Position numbers and translations under genes: made by a program | Shown here: one piece after another, positions 54,661 through 64,000 of the stretch | How the letters are laid out: every line of letters begins with the position of its first letter | Numbering within the stretch: position 1 is the stretch's first letter | Assembly (NCBI GenBank): GCA_021736985.1 | Contig: JAIPEW010000009.1 | Span: 11,560-75,559 of the forward strand | Reading direction: 5' to 3' | Length of the DNA: 64,000 nt | Origin: Clostridiales bacterium | GTDB taxonomy: Bacteria; Bacillota; Desulfotomaculia; Desulfotomaculales; VENG01 | The notes under the pieces: model-generated | The model's database searches: none | Told to the model about the DNA's origin: nothing | Seen by the model: only the letters and a program-made list of their open reading frames with translations

Positions 54661-57069
54661 ATGAATTCTGTTGAGCGAGTATTGCCGTTATTACCTTTAC
54701 GGGGACTCCTGGTTTTTCCTTACATGGTAATCCATCTGGATGTAGGAAGGGAAAAATCGGTGCAGGCTATAGAACAGGCAATGATACAAGATAAAACAGT
54801 GTTTTTGTCTACTCAAAAAGAAGCTCAAACCGACGAACCTGGCCCGGACGATATATATACAATTGGTGCTGTAGCAGAAGTGAAACAATTATTAAAGCTG
54901 CCTGGCGGTACCATCAGGGTGTTGGTAGAAGGTCTTGCCAGGGGTGAAATTAAAGAATACGTAGGAGAAGCGCCCTACTTCGAGGTTAAAATAGAACAAT
55001 ACCCGGAAGAATTCGAAAAGAATGGTGAAATAGAAGCCTTAATGCGCAAGTTGGTTAGTCAGTTTGAAGAATATGTTAAGGCTTCAAAGCGTATACCACC
55101 TGAGACAGTTTCTTCTGTAGTTAACCTGGAAGAACCGGGGCGCCTGGCTGATGTAGTCGCTTCTCATCTTAACCTGAAGATAGAAGATAAACAAGATATC
55201 TTGGAAACATGGGATATAAATGAAAGGTTAGAGAAGCTGTGTGCAATTGTATCCAAGGAAATGGAGATAGTCGAACTAGAGCGTAAAATAAACGGTCGTG
55301 TACGCAAACAAATGGAAAAGACCCAGAAAGAATATTACCTTCGTGAACAGATGAAGGCTATTCAAAAGGAATTGGGCGAAAAAGATGATAAACAGGCTGA
55401 AGGTGAAGAGTACAGGGAGAAAATATCTGAAGCTGAGTTTCCTGAAGAGGTAGAAGAAAAGGCACTTAAAGAAGTGGAGCGCCTGGAAAAAATGCCTCCC
55501 ATGGCAGCAGAGGCAACTGTAGTCCGCAATTATTTGGACTGGCTTTTGTCTATCCCCTGGAATTATAAAACGCAAGATCGGCTGGACCTTAATGCAGCCA
55601 GTGATATACTAGAAGAGGATCATTATGGCCTGAGAAAAGTTAAAGAACGTATACTAGAATACCTGGCAGTACGGGAACTGTCCGAAGACTGCAAGGGGTC
55701 TATATTATGCCTGGTAGGGCCCCCTGGTGTAGGAAAAACATCACTGGGTCGTTCTATAGCCCGGTCCTTAGAAAGGAAATTTGTACGTTTATCCCTGGGT
55801 GGAGTAAAAGATGAAGCTGAAATTCGCGGGCACAGGCGTACTTATGTTGGTTCTATGCCGGGACGTATTATACAGGGCATGAAGGATGCAGGATCCAAAA
55901 ATCCAGTTTTCTTAATGGATGAAATTGATAAGATGAGCATGGATTTCAGGGGTGACCCTACTTCAGCACTGCTGGAAGTGCTGGATCCGGAACAAAATAA
56001 TACTTTTAGCGACCATTATATTGAAATGCCTTATGATCTAACCGAAGTAATGTTTATTACAACTGCCAATTTAGAGCATAATATACCCAGACCTCTTTTG
56101 GATAGAATGGAAGTTATTAATATTTCAGGTTATACTGAAGAGGAAAAAGTTCAAATTGGTTTGCGCCACCTGTGGTCTAAACAGGTCAAAGAACATGGTC
56201 TAACTAATGAAATGATTAGCATATCAGAAAATACCGTGCGCAAAGTTGTACAAGAATATACACGGGAAAGCGGAGTACGGAACCTGGAAAGAGAATTGGG
56301 CAGCATATGCCGTAAGGCGGCAAAGAAAATAGTTTCCAACCAGGTTAAAAAAGTAAAAGCAACAGTGCAAAATTTACCCCAGATGCTTGGTACACCCCGT
56401 TTTCGCTACGGCGTGGCAGAGAAGGAAGCTCAGGTAGGAGTAGCTACTGGTCTGGCCTGGACAGAGGTAGGCGGGGAGATATTGAGTATTGAGGTAGGAC
56501 AGTACAAGGGTACCGGTAAATTGACCCTTACCGGTAAGTTAGGTGATGTAATGAAAGAGTCTGCTCAGGCTGCTTTTAGCTATGTTCGCAGCAGGGCGGA
56601 TGAGCTTGAGATTGAACATAAAGTGTTTGAAAACAACGATTTTCACGTGCATGTTCCTGAAGGCGCTATCCCAAAAGACGGGCCTTCAGCAGGGATTACT
56701 ATAGCTGCATCTTTAGCTTCTGCGTTAAGCGGGCGAAAAGTTAGAAATGATATTGCCATGACCGGTGAAATTACTTTGAGGGGAAGAGTGCTTCCTATCG
56801 GTGGTATAAAAGAAAAAGTTCTGGCTGCGCACAGAGCAGGTATAAAGACAGTGCTGTTGCCGCAGGATAATAAAAAAGATATTGATGAAATACCAGGCAA
56901 TATTAAAAAACAGGTTAAAATAGTTTTAGTTGGCAATATGGATGATGTAATTGAAATAGCACTTATGAAGGAAGAGGGAGTTAACGTAGAAGAATCCCCG
57001 GAGATTTCGGTAGAGATGTCTTATAACCCGGTTGCTGAAACCGAGGGAGGAACAGAGATCCGTCCATGA
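54661..57069 (+). CDS. lon: ATP-dependent protease Lon (LonA)
   Basis: LON N-domain ([16 protein letters not shown]), GPPGVGKTS, catalytic DGPSAGIT...K. Confidence 0.95.
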   Translation: MNSVERVLPLLPLRGLLVFPYMVIHLDVGREKSVQAIEQAMIQDKTVFLSTQKEAQTDEPGPDDIYTIGAVAEVKQLLKLPGGTIRVLVEGLARGEIKEYVGEAPYFEVKIEQYPEEFEKNGEIEALMRKLVSQFEEYVKASKRIPPETVSSVVNLEEPGRLADVVASHLNLKIEDKQDILETWDINERLEKLCAIVSKEMEIVELERKINGRVRKQMEKTQKEYYLREQMKAIQKELGEKDDKQAEGEEYREKISEAEFPEEVEEKALKEVERLEKMPPMAAEATVVRNYLDWLLSIPWNYKTQDRLDLNAASDILEEDHYGLRKVKERILEYLAVRELSEDCKGSILCLVGPPGVGKTSLGRSIARSLERKFVRLSLGGVKDEAEIRGHRRTYVGSMPGRIIQGMKDAGSKNPVFLMDEIDKMSMDFRGDPTSALLEVLDPEQNNTFSDHYIEMPYDLTEVMFITTANLEHNIPRPLLDRMEVINISGYTEEEKVQIGLRHLWSKQVKEHGLTNEMISISENTVRKVVQEYTRESGVRNLERELGSICRKAAKKIVSNQVKKVKATVQNLPQMLGTPRFRYGVAEKEAQVGVATGLAWTEVGGEILSIEVGQYKGTGKLTLTGKLGDVMKESAQAAFSYVRSRADELEIEHKVFENNDFHVHVPEGAIPKDGPSAGITIAASLASALSGRKVRNDIAMTGEITLRGRVLPIGGIKEKVLAAHRAGIKTVLLPQDNKKDIDEIPGNIKKQVKIVLVGNMDDVIEIALMKEEGVNVEESPEISVEMSYNPVAETEGGTEIRP

Positions 57070-57650
57070 AAATAAATACTGCTGAATTTGTAAAGAGCAG
57101 TACCACATTGAAGAATTGTCCCAGCCAGGGTTATCCAGAGGTGGCCCTGGCCGGGCGTTCCAATGTAGGTAAATCCTCTTTTTTTAACAAGCTGGTAAAT
57201 CGCAAAAAGTTAGCCCGTATAAGTAAGACCCCTGGTAGAACTCAAACTTTGAATTATTTTGTTTTAAACGAGAATATTTACATTGTTGATTTGCCGGGAT
57301 ATGGTTATGCCAGGGTCCCGGAAAAAATTCGTATTAGCTGGGGGCCTATGATAGAAGAGTACTTAAGCGGGCGGGAACAACTTCGAGGCATATTTCTCAT
57401 AGTAGATATGCGCCACGAGCCTTCTGCTCAAGATATTCAGTTCTGTGAGTGGGTTCGTTTTTACGGTTTTTCTTTTGCTGTTGTGGCGACTAAATGTGAT
57501 AAGATAAAAAGAGGAAAAATACATAACCAGCTAAAAGTGATTAGCCAGGTACTGGAACTGGATGAAGGTGATATATTAATACCCTTTTCTTCTGAAACAG
57601 GTACAGGTAGGGAAAAAGTATTATCTGTAATAGAAGATTGGACATATTAA
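57066..57650 (+). CDS. engB: ribosome-biogenesis GTPase EngB/YsxC
   Basis: GRSNVGKSS (G1), DLPGYG (G3), TKCDK (G4). The start overlaps the lon stop. Confidence 0.9.
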   Translation: MKINTAEFVKSSTTLKNCPSQGYPEVALAGRSNVGKSSFFNKLVNRKKLARISKTPGRTQTLNYFVLNENIYIVDLPGYGYARVPEKIRISWGPMIEEYLSGREQLRGIFLIVDMRHEPSAQDIQFCEWVRFYGFSFAVVATKCDKIKRGKIHNQLKVISQVLELDEGDILIPFSSETGTGREKVLSVIEDWTY

Positions 57651-57692
57651 GCGGCTTAGTAGCTGCTTTTTTATTTATAAAATATCTGCATA

Positions 57693-58670
57693 TCACTGTT
57701 CAGGCTTATACTTTACGTTTTTCATTGATTTAACAGCGAACTTATTGTTTATACAGTTAATATTAATAGGACTTGATAGTTCACCAGCTTGAACCATCAT
57801 ATCCATAAAATTTTGCACTTCTTCTTCTTTTATTATAGGTTCGGTAGGCCATATTTTATACTGGCAGTAATTATTTATAACGTGAATATCTATATCTACA
57901 TAATCTTTAATAGAATCGGGGTTGTGTTTTATAAATAAGAATGATTTATAAATGCTGTTTGTAAATCCCTGTACAGCTTCCGAGTAATTGGATAAAAACT
58001 TGCTGCTTGTAACGTATATATAAGCAGGCAGTTTTTCCTTCGTTAGAGATGTAGCTATATGAGCCGTACCTTCGGTTTTCAGGCGCGAAGCTGCTGTTCC
58101 TGGTGCCTGCAAATATGTGCTGCAGCCAGTTTTGAATGCTCCAACATGTAAATCCTGTGGAATGTTGTAAAAAACGGCTACGCTGCGATACGGGGCGAGT
58201 TCGTTTTCTCGCAGTGCCGCTTCCAAAAGTACTCCTGCTGTGCTGCCAGGTGGTTGACCAATAATAGCTTTGTTTTTCATGTCCTTCCATTCAAATCCCT
58301 CTATTTTTTCCTTTGTTAATATAAATGAAGATTTTCTTGCTGTTGCCGGGGCAAATGCTGTCCATTCAGGGTGTTTATGCATGGCTTGTAAAAAATTAGC
58401 CAACTCCATTACTGCTATATCTGACTCTCCTTCAGCCAGGACTTGTTCCATGGTTTTATTACTGCATGTCTTTATATTAATATCTACATTATTTTGCTTA
58501 AAATAATTATTTTGTTTGGCAATGTAGTGTGGAATCATATCTGCTGACATTCTAGTTTGGGCTAATGTTATGTAGTATGGATGAGGTCTTTGTATTATTT
58601 GTATAGTTATGCCCGAGCCTATAAGCAGTAAAGCTAATAATAATAAAATATATTTTTTTTGCAATATCAA
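57693..58670 (-). CDS. orphan ABC-type substrate-binding protein (NMT1/THI5/SsuA-like)
   Basis: N-terminal anchor plus a periplasmic-binding fold pattern. No adjacent permease or ATPase. Confidence 0.55.
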   Translation of the reverse strand: MILQKKYILLLLALLLIGSGITIQIIQRPHPYYITLAQTRMSADMIPHYIAKQNNYFKQNNVDINIKTCSNKTMEQVLAEGESDIAVMELANFLQAMHKHPEWTAFAPATARKSSFILTKEKIEGFEWKDMKNKAIIGQPPGSTAGVLLEAALRENELAPYRSVAVFYNIPQDLHVGAFKTGCSTYLQAPGTAASRLKTEGTAHIATSLTKEKLPAYIYVTSSKFLSNYSEAVQGFTNSIYKSFLFIKHNPDSIKDYVDIDIHVINNYCQYKIWPTEPIIKEEEVQNFMDMMVQAGELSSPININCINNKFAVKSMKNVKYKPEQ

Positions 58671-58810
58671 GAAATATAGTCCCCCTTAACAGCAGTTCAT
58701 AATAAATATATATTAAAATCTATAATTTTATACCACATATATTTTAATCATAAACGCCGCCCTTTTACATATTATGGTAGAAGATGAGCTGTGTGGGGGG
58801 GGATTAATCC

Positions 58811-59272
58811 ATGCTGAAAAGATTTAGCATTATATACTGGTCGCAGGCTGGCATTAAAAATGGCGGTATCAGTTTTTTTTCTGTGGTTGTTGGTCTTTTA
58901 TGGGCACTGGTAGTAACCATGTTTATGGGTGTGATATTGGGTTTATATGTAACATTATCAGGTCAGCTTTCTTATTACATGCCCTATGCATTGGGTATAT
59001 GTATGTTGGTAGGAGTTTTTGCAGGCGGGGGAGTCAGCGGAATGCATGCGTCCAGGTATGGTTGGCTGCACGGGAGCATAACGGCTGTTTTATACAGTAC
59101 CCTGGTTTTAATTTTGTTTCTTGGAAGTGCCCCTGCGCTTTTGTTGAACCCGGGGTTATGGGCCCGCTTTTTACTGCTAATTACAGCTGGTATTTCTGCA
59201 GGAATTATAGGAGTAAATGTGCCTGTAAAAAAGGCACGCTTATTAAAGGGTATAGGAAAAATAAATATGTGA
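58811..59272 (+). CDS. small integral membrane protein (YrzE/TIGR04086-like, 4 TM)
   Basis: Gly-rich TM helices. G8 SD-like run upstream. Confidence 0.5.
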   Translation: MLKRFSIIYWSQAGIKNGGISFFSVVVGLLWALVVTMFMGVILGLYVTLSGQLSYYMPYALGICMLVGVFAGGGVSGMHASRYGWLHGSITAVLYSTLVLILFLGSAPALLLNPGLWARFLLLITAGISAGIIGVNVPVKKARLLKGIGKINM

Positions 59273-59324
59273 AGTTGACAGCAATTGCAAGAAGCATTAA
59301 TATATAAGTAGTTTATAGTATATA

Positions 59325-59556
59325 TAAAGGCTGTGAAGAAGAGGGTACGAAAAATAGTTCTACAGAGAAGGGAACCCTGGGCTGTAAGGTTCCCTGTCCG
59401 TATTCGTGCTTGTCGCTTTGGAGCTGCCGGGTTGAACATGTAAAGTAAGCCTGGCCGGGCTAGCCCGTTACAGCGTTTGAGTGCTGGCTGGAATTCCGGC
59501 TGGAAGTAAGGTGGTAACGCGGCTCCTCCGTCCTTGCACGGGTGGAGTTTATTTTA
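59325..59556 (+). promoter_or_regulatory. T-box leader (tRNA-Val-responsive) with terminator
   Basis: AGAGA-type stem I. T-box sequence AAGTAAGGTGGTAACGCGG (59505-59522). Terminator CTCCTCCGT...ACGGGTGGAG plus a T-run. GTC/GTA candidates in the specifier region (59394-59401). Confidence 0.8.
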
Positions 59557-59576
59557 TTGGAGGAGGTTTTTTTTCT

Positions 59577-62231
59577 TTGACCAAGTTCGATATGGCCAAA
59601 AAATATGATCCAGAAAAAGTGGAATCAAAATGGTACAGTCATTGGGAGAAAAATAAATATTTTCATTCAGAAGTTGATCCAGAAAAAGACCCTTTTAGTA
59701 TAGTAATGCCGCCTCCCAATGTTACAGGTGAACTACATATGGGACATGCTCTTGACAGTACGCTGCAGGACATACTTACTCGTTTCAGGCGTATGCAGGG
59801 ATACAATGCTTTATGGCTTCCCGGTACTGACCATGCTGGCATAGCTACACAGACCCGGGTTGAGGGGAATATGGCCCGGGAAGGGGTTACCAAGCACGAT
59901 CTCGGCAGGGAAAAATTCCTGGAGCGTGTTTGGGATTGGAAAAACAACTATGGCGGGCGTATAACTAACCAGCTGCGGTGCCTGGGTGCTTCCTGTGATT
60001 GGGACCGGGAACGTTTTACCATGGATGATGGTTGTTATAATGCAGTTATTGAAGTGTTTGTGCGCCTTTACCAGCAAGGGTTAATTTACAGGGATTATTA
60101 TATTACTAACTGGTGCAGTAAGTGCCAGACAACTATTAGTGATATTGAAGTTGAGCACATGGACAAGCCGGGTCATCTCTATTATGTTAAATACCCGGTA
60201 AAGGGGCAGGAAGATCACCTGTCTATAGCTACCACACGCCCGGAAACAATGCTCGGTGACGTAGCAGTCGCAGTTCATCCTGATGATGAACGCTACAGCC
60301 ATCTAATAGGGAAGACGTTAATTTTACCTCTGGTAGAAAAAGAAATCCCAGTGATATCAGATGAATATGTTGCGCCTGAATTTGGAACCGGTGCAGTCAA
60401 GGTTACTCCTGCTCACGATCCCAATGACTTTGAAATGGGGAAACGTCATGATTTGCCGGAGATCATTGTTATTAATAAAAACGCGCAAATGACTGGTGAG
60501 GCCGGGCCCAGGTACGAGGGAATGGATCGCTGGGAATGCCGCAAACAAGTGGTAAAAGATTTAGAAAATAATAACTATCTTATCAGAATAGAAGATCATA
60601 CTCATGCCGTGGGACACTGTTACAGGTGCGGTAGCGTAATTGAGCCTATGCTGTCCAAACAGTGGTTTGTACGCATGCAGCCTCTGGCAGGACCTGCAAT
60701 ACAGGCTGTGGAAGAAGGGCGCATAAAGTTTATTCCTGAAAGATTTGCTCGTATTTATTTGAATTGGATGAGAAATCTGCGGGATTGGTGTATCAGCAGA
60801 CAGTTATGGTGGGGACATCGCATTCCAGTATGGTATTGCAGTGACTGTGGTGAAATGACAGTTTCCAGGTGTCCAATTGAAAAATGCGAAGCCTGTGGTT
60901 CAAGCAATATAGAACAGGATACTGATGTGCTGGATACATGGTTTAGTTCGGCGCTCTGGCCTTTCAGTACCCTGGGGTGGCCCGAGAAAACCATGGATTT
61001 AGCTTATTATTATCCTACTTCAGTCCTGGTTACCGGCAGGGATATAATCTTTTTCTGGGTTGCCAGGATGATTTTCAGCGGGCTTGCTCATATGAACGAA
61101 GTGCCCTTTAAAAAGGTTTTTATTCACGGTCTGGTCCTGGATTCCCAGGGAAGAAAAATGAGCAAGTCGCTGGGTAACGGTGTAGATCCTATTCAAGTAA
61201 TTGAGAGCCACGGTGCAGACAGCCTTCGTTTTATGCTGATTACGGGAAATACTCCGGGGAATGACCTGCGCTTTCACTTCGAACGTTTAGAAGGAGCCAG
61301 GAATTTTGCCAACAAGATATGGAATGCTTCGCGGTTTGCCCTGCTTAATTTGCAAGACTATGATCCGGCTTTTGTCCCGGGTAGTGAAGATTATGCTCTG
61401 TCAGACAAGTGGATATTAAGCCGCTACCAGTCAGTAATAGAAGAAGTTACAAATGGTATGGAAAATTATGAACTGGGTGAATCGGCACGCAGTTTATATG
61501 AATACATGTGGAACGAAATATGTGATTGGTATATAGAACTGGTAAAACCCCGCCTTTATGGAAAGACAACTATCCAGGATAAGGAAACAGCCCAGTATGT
61601 GCTGGTTTCTGTGTTGAGAGGGACCCTGGAACTTCTGCACCCGTTTATGCCTTTTATTACCGAGGAGATCTGGCAGTATCTCCCTCATAAAGGGGAGTCT
61701 ATTATGCTTTCTTCCTGGCCGGGTTCTAATGAACAATTAAAAAATAAAGATGCAGAAGAAAAAATGAATACTATAATGGATGTTACCAGGGGGATAAGAC
61801 AAATAAGAAGTGAAATGAATGTAGAACCTGGTAAAATGGCACAGGCATGGATAGTATCATCTTTTCCAGAAAAAAGGCAAGCTGCTGAAGAAGGCAGGGA
61901 ATATATAGAAAACCTGGCCAGTGCAAGTTTAAATATATATTCCGAACTGGAGGATACACCTGAACAAGCTGCGACTGCCGTAGCTAGCGGAGTAGGGATT
62001 TATGTTCCTCTTAAAGGGTTGATAGACGTGGAAAGAGAGAAAGCCCGCCTCGAGAAAGAATTAGCTGCGGCAGAAAAAGATTTGATTAAAATACAAAGTA
62101 AACTTAACAATGCAGGGTTCTTAAACAAGGCTCCAGGTGATGTTGTAGAAAAGGAAAAATCAAAAGAAGTAGAAATTTCCGGCAAAGTACAAACTCTAAA
62201 AGAGCGCTTTGCCATGTTTGGTGACAATTAG
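59577..62231 (+). CDS. valS: valine--tRNA ligase
   Basis: PPNVTGELHMGH (HIGH), KMSKS, C-terminal coiled coil. TTG 59577 lies 10 nt after GGAGGAGG; the alternative ATG 59592 has no SD. Confidence 0.9.
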   Translation: MTKFDMAKKYDPEKVESKWYSHWEKNKYFHSEVDPEKDPFSIVMPPPNVTGELHMGHALDSTLQDILTRFRRMQGYNALWLPGTDHAGIATQTRVEGNMAREGVTKHDLGREKFLERVWDWKNNYGGRITNQLRCLGASCDWDRERFTMDDGCYNAVIEVFVRLYQQGLIYRDYYITNWCSKCQTTISDIEVEHMDKPGHLYYVKYPVKGQEDHLSIATTRPETMLGDVAVAVHPDDERYSHLIGKTLILPLVEKEIPVISDEYVAPEFGTGAVKVTPAHDPNDFEMGKRHDLPEIIVINKNAQMTGEAGPRYEGMDRWECRKQVVKDLENNNYLIRIEDHTHAVGHCYRCGSVIEPMLSKQWFVRMQPLAGPAIQAVEEGRIKFIPERFARIYLNWMRNLRDWCISRQLWWGHRIPVWYCSDCGEMTVSRCPIEKCEACGSSNIEQDTDVLDTWFSSALWPFSTLGWPEKTMDLAYYYPTSVLVTGRDIIFFWVARMIFSGLAHMNEVPFKKVFIHGLVLDSQGRKMSKSLGNGVDPIQVIESHGADSLRFMLITGNTPGNDLRFHFERLEGARNFANKIWNASRFALLNLQDYDPAFVPGSEDYALSDKWILSRYQSVIEEVTNGMENYELGESARSLYEYMWNEICDWYIELVKPRLYGKTTIQDKETAQYVLVSVLRGTLELLHPFMPFITEEIWQYLPHKGESIMLSSWPGSNEQLKNKDAEEKMNTIMDVTRGIRQIRSEMNVEPGKMAQAWIVSSFPEKRQAAEEGREYIENLASASLNIYSELEDTPEQAATAVASGVGIYVPLKGLIDVEREKARLEKELAAAEKDLIKIQSKLNNAGFLNKAPGDVVEKEKSKEVEISGKVQTLKERFAMFGDN

Positions 62232-62243
62232 GGGGTTTTTGAG

Positions 62244-63551
62244 TTGACCTTTGAAGAATCCTTAAATTATTTGCAGAACTTGACCAAATTTGGTATGAAT
62301 TTTGGACTGGGTCGTATTGCGGAGCTCATGCGGTGTTTAGGAAACCCGGAAAAGAATTTAAATGTAATACACCTGGGTGGTACTAATGGCAAGGGTTCAA
62401 CAGGTGCAATGATAGTATCTGTTTTACAGGATGCCGGTTACAATGCGGGGATTTTTACATCTCCCCACCTGCATTCTTATACGGAAAGATACCGTGTTAA
62501 CAATAAAAATATTGAACCGGAAGATATGGCCAGGTTAATAGAAAAAATGCGTCCGCACCTGGATGCCATGGTAGAACAGGGATTTGAACATCCTACTGAA
62601 TTTGAAGTCTGCACTGCAATAGCATTTTGTTATTTTCATGAGAAAAATGTTGATTTTTTAGTATTGGAAGTAGGCCTTGGTGGGGAAATAGATTCTACTA
62701 ATATTATTGAAAAACCGCTGGTAAGTGTTATTACCAATGTGGCAATGGATCACATGGATTATCTGGGTAAAACCAGGGAAGAAATTGCCCGGGTTAAGTC
62801 GGGTATTGTTAAAGAAGGAAGATTCGTGGTTACTGCATCCGGGCATCAGGGTGTGTTGGGAGTAATTAAAGAGACCTGTGCCAGAAACTCTGCCCCCCTG
62901 GTGCATGTAGGTGCGGATATTACCTGGGAAAGAGTTGGAGAAATATCTACCAGGGGACAGTATTTAAATGTAAAGGGTCGCAGGGATGAATACACGAGTC
63001 TGTGGATTCCTTTTATGGGCCTGCACCAGTTGGAAAATACTTCTACTGCAGTAGCAGTTTTAGAAGTTATACAGGAGAAAGGTTATCAATTGACTGGCAA
63101 AAACATAAAAAATGGGCTCAGCTGTACTTGCTGGCCGGCAAGGTTGGAAATAGTCCAGGAAAAACCTCTTATTCTTATTGATGCTGCCCATAACTACGAT
63201 GGTGCTAAGAGTTTGCGTTCTGCACTGGATGAATATTTCCCTCAGCGCCGGGTTGTCCTGGTTATGGGTATGCTCGGGGACAAAGAACGGGCCCGGGTAG
63301 TAGCTGAATTAGCCCCGCGGGCTTGTGCAGCGATAATTACCAGGCCTAACAGCCCACGGGCAGGTGATTGGCATGAGTTGGCCGGGGAAATAGAACCATG
63401 GGTGGCCGGTGTTGAAGTTATTGAAGATATAGAAAAAGCTGTTTATCGTGGAATTAGCATGGCTGGTGACGAGGATATTGTTTGTATTACTGGATCTTTT
63501 TACATGGTAGCAGAGGCAAGGGAATACCTGGTTGAGGATTTGAAGTGGTAG
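62244..63551 (+). CDS. folC: bifunctional folylpolyglutamate synthase / dihydrofolate synthase
   Basis: GGTNGKGST P-loop and Mur-ligase layout. Conserved valS-folC order. Confidence 0.9.
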   Translation: MTFEESLNYLQNLTKFGMNFGLGRIAELMRCLGNPEKNLNVIHLGGTNGKGSTGAMIVSVLQDAGYNAGIFTSPHLHSYTERYRVNNKNIEPEDMARLIEKMRPHLDAMVEQGFEHPTEFEVCTAIAFCYFHEKNVDFLVLEVGLGGEIDSTNIIEKPLVSVITNVAMDHMDYLGKTREEIARVKSGIVKEGRFVVTASGHQGVLGVIKETCARNSAPLVHVGADITWERVGEISTRGQYLNVKGRRDEYTSLWIPFMGLHQLENTSTAVAVLEVIQEKGYQLTGKNIKNGLSCTCWPARLEIVQEKPLILIDAAHNYDGAKSLRSALDEYFPQRRVVLVMGMLGDKERARVVAELAPRACAAIITRPNSPRAGDWHELAGEIEPWVAGVEVIEDIEKAVYRGISMAGDEDIVCITGSFYMVAEAREYLVEDLKW

Positions 63552-63561
63552 AGGTGAGTTT

Positions 63562-64000
63562 TTGATAAATTTTATATCCTATTTATTAATTAGCTTGGGA
63601 ATAATATTAATCGGGGCTGCATTTTTTACAAATAGCGTAGAATGGTTTGGCAAAAAATTGAATTTAACTCGGGGAGCAGTGGGAAGTATTCTTGCGGCAG
63701 TAGGAACAGCTTTACCGGAGACACTTATTCCAGTTACGGCAATTTTACTGGGAACTACAGAAGCTGCACATGAAATCGGGGTTGGAGCTATACTGGGTGC
63801 TCCCTTTATGCTTTCTACACTGGCTATGGCTTTAGTAGGAATATCAGCCATAGTATTCAAGTCGCGCAGAGGAAACATATGCTTAAAACCGGATCTCTCT
63901 GTATTACAGCGTGACCTGTCTTTTTTTATTACTGCGTATACAATTGCAGTAGGAGCTGCATTTGTGCCGCAAAGATTTAAAATAGTTCTGGTATTTTTAC
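63562..64000 (+). CDS. 5' part of a Ca2+/Na+ antiporter (CaCA/YrbG family), running off the window
   Basis: TTG after GAGGTGAG. LINFISYLLISLGIILIGAAFFTNSVEWFGKKLNLTRGAVGSILAAVGTALPETLIP (alpha-1 repeat GTALPE). Absent from the track because it has no stop in the window. Confidence 0.7.
   Translation, partial: MINFISYLLISLGIILIGAAFFTNSVEWFGKKLNLTRGAVGSILAAVGTALPETLIPVTAILLGTTEAAHEIGVGAILGAPFMLSTLAMALVGISAIVFKSRRGNICLKPDLSVLQRDLSFFITAYTIAVGAAFVPQRFKIVLVFL

Noticed and set aside
58900-59439. Overlapping ORFs 58900-59307 (+) and 58984-59439 (-).
   Set aside because: They are alternative frames of the 4-TM membrane protein gene 58811-59272 and of the T-box leader. No SD and implausible composition.
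63579-63878. 99-aa minus-strand ORF at the right end of the window.
   Set aside because: The plus strand here encodes a clear CaCA antiporter N-terminus (GTALPE motif) that runs off the window. The minus ORF is its shadow.

Overview
The window looks like a 64 kb chromosomal segment from an AT-rich (about 40% GC by eye), anaerobic, endospore-forming Firmicute of class Clostridia, possibly the Peptococcaceae/Desulfotomaculum group. That placement rests on gene content only. Most of the window is housekeeping and metabolism.

Ordered gene content:
- splB, then a formate channel plus a NuoE/NuoF-like plus selenocysteine FdhA operon. The FdhA gene is split in the ORF track by an in-frame UGA followed by a SECIS hairpin.
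- Spore-related genes: a sleB-like gene with an internal tandem duplication, a CotF-like coat protein and a DUF2642-like small protein.
- A two-subunit pyruvate carboxylase and an HD-GYP phosphodiesterase.
- An unusual panB-panE-iclR-dctPQM block, followed by a PAS/sigma-54 activator, a sigma-54 promoter and a 4-subunit 2-oxoacid:ferredoxin oxidoreductase.
- larB with no other lar genes nearby.
- A decayed PhoH-like gene next to a degenerate IS200/IS605 (tnpA/tnpB) remnant.
- nfeD plus an SPFH/stomatin gene, xth, cfa and rubrerythrin.
- An AT-rich block of hypothetical envelope genes ending at tRNA-Thr(CGU).
- DUF327, two DUF5320 paralogues and DUF503.
- The conserved tig-clpP-clpX / lonB-lon-engB cluster, interrupted by a cobalamin riboswitch-cobK unit and satP.
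- A T-box leader with valS, folC, and the start of a CaCA antiporter.

No rRNA, CRISPR array, intact transposase or recognisable defence system was seen.

Observations most worth follow-up:
- A conserved ~57-nt palindrome-containing motif lies upstream of two hypothetical envelope genes. One of these genes has its N-terminal zinc ribbon split by a 1-nt frameshift.
- Two small genes have the same promoter layout, with LexA (Cheo)-like boxes in the spacer and just downstream of the -10.
- The pan/IclR/TRAP/sigma-54/2-oxoacid oxidoreductase neighbourhood.
- Gly/Pro/Tyr- and RGG-rich small-protein pairs.

All functional calls come from reading the translations and motifs by eye. No database search was run.
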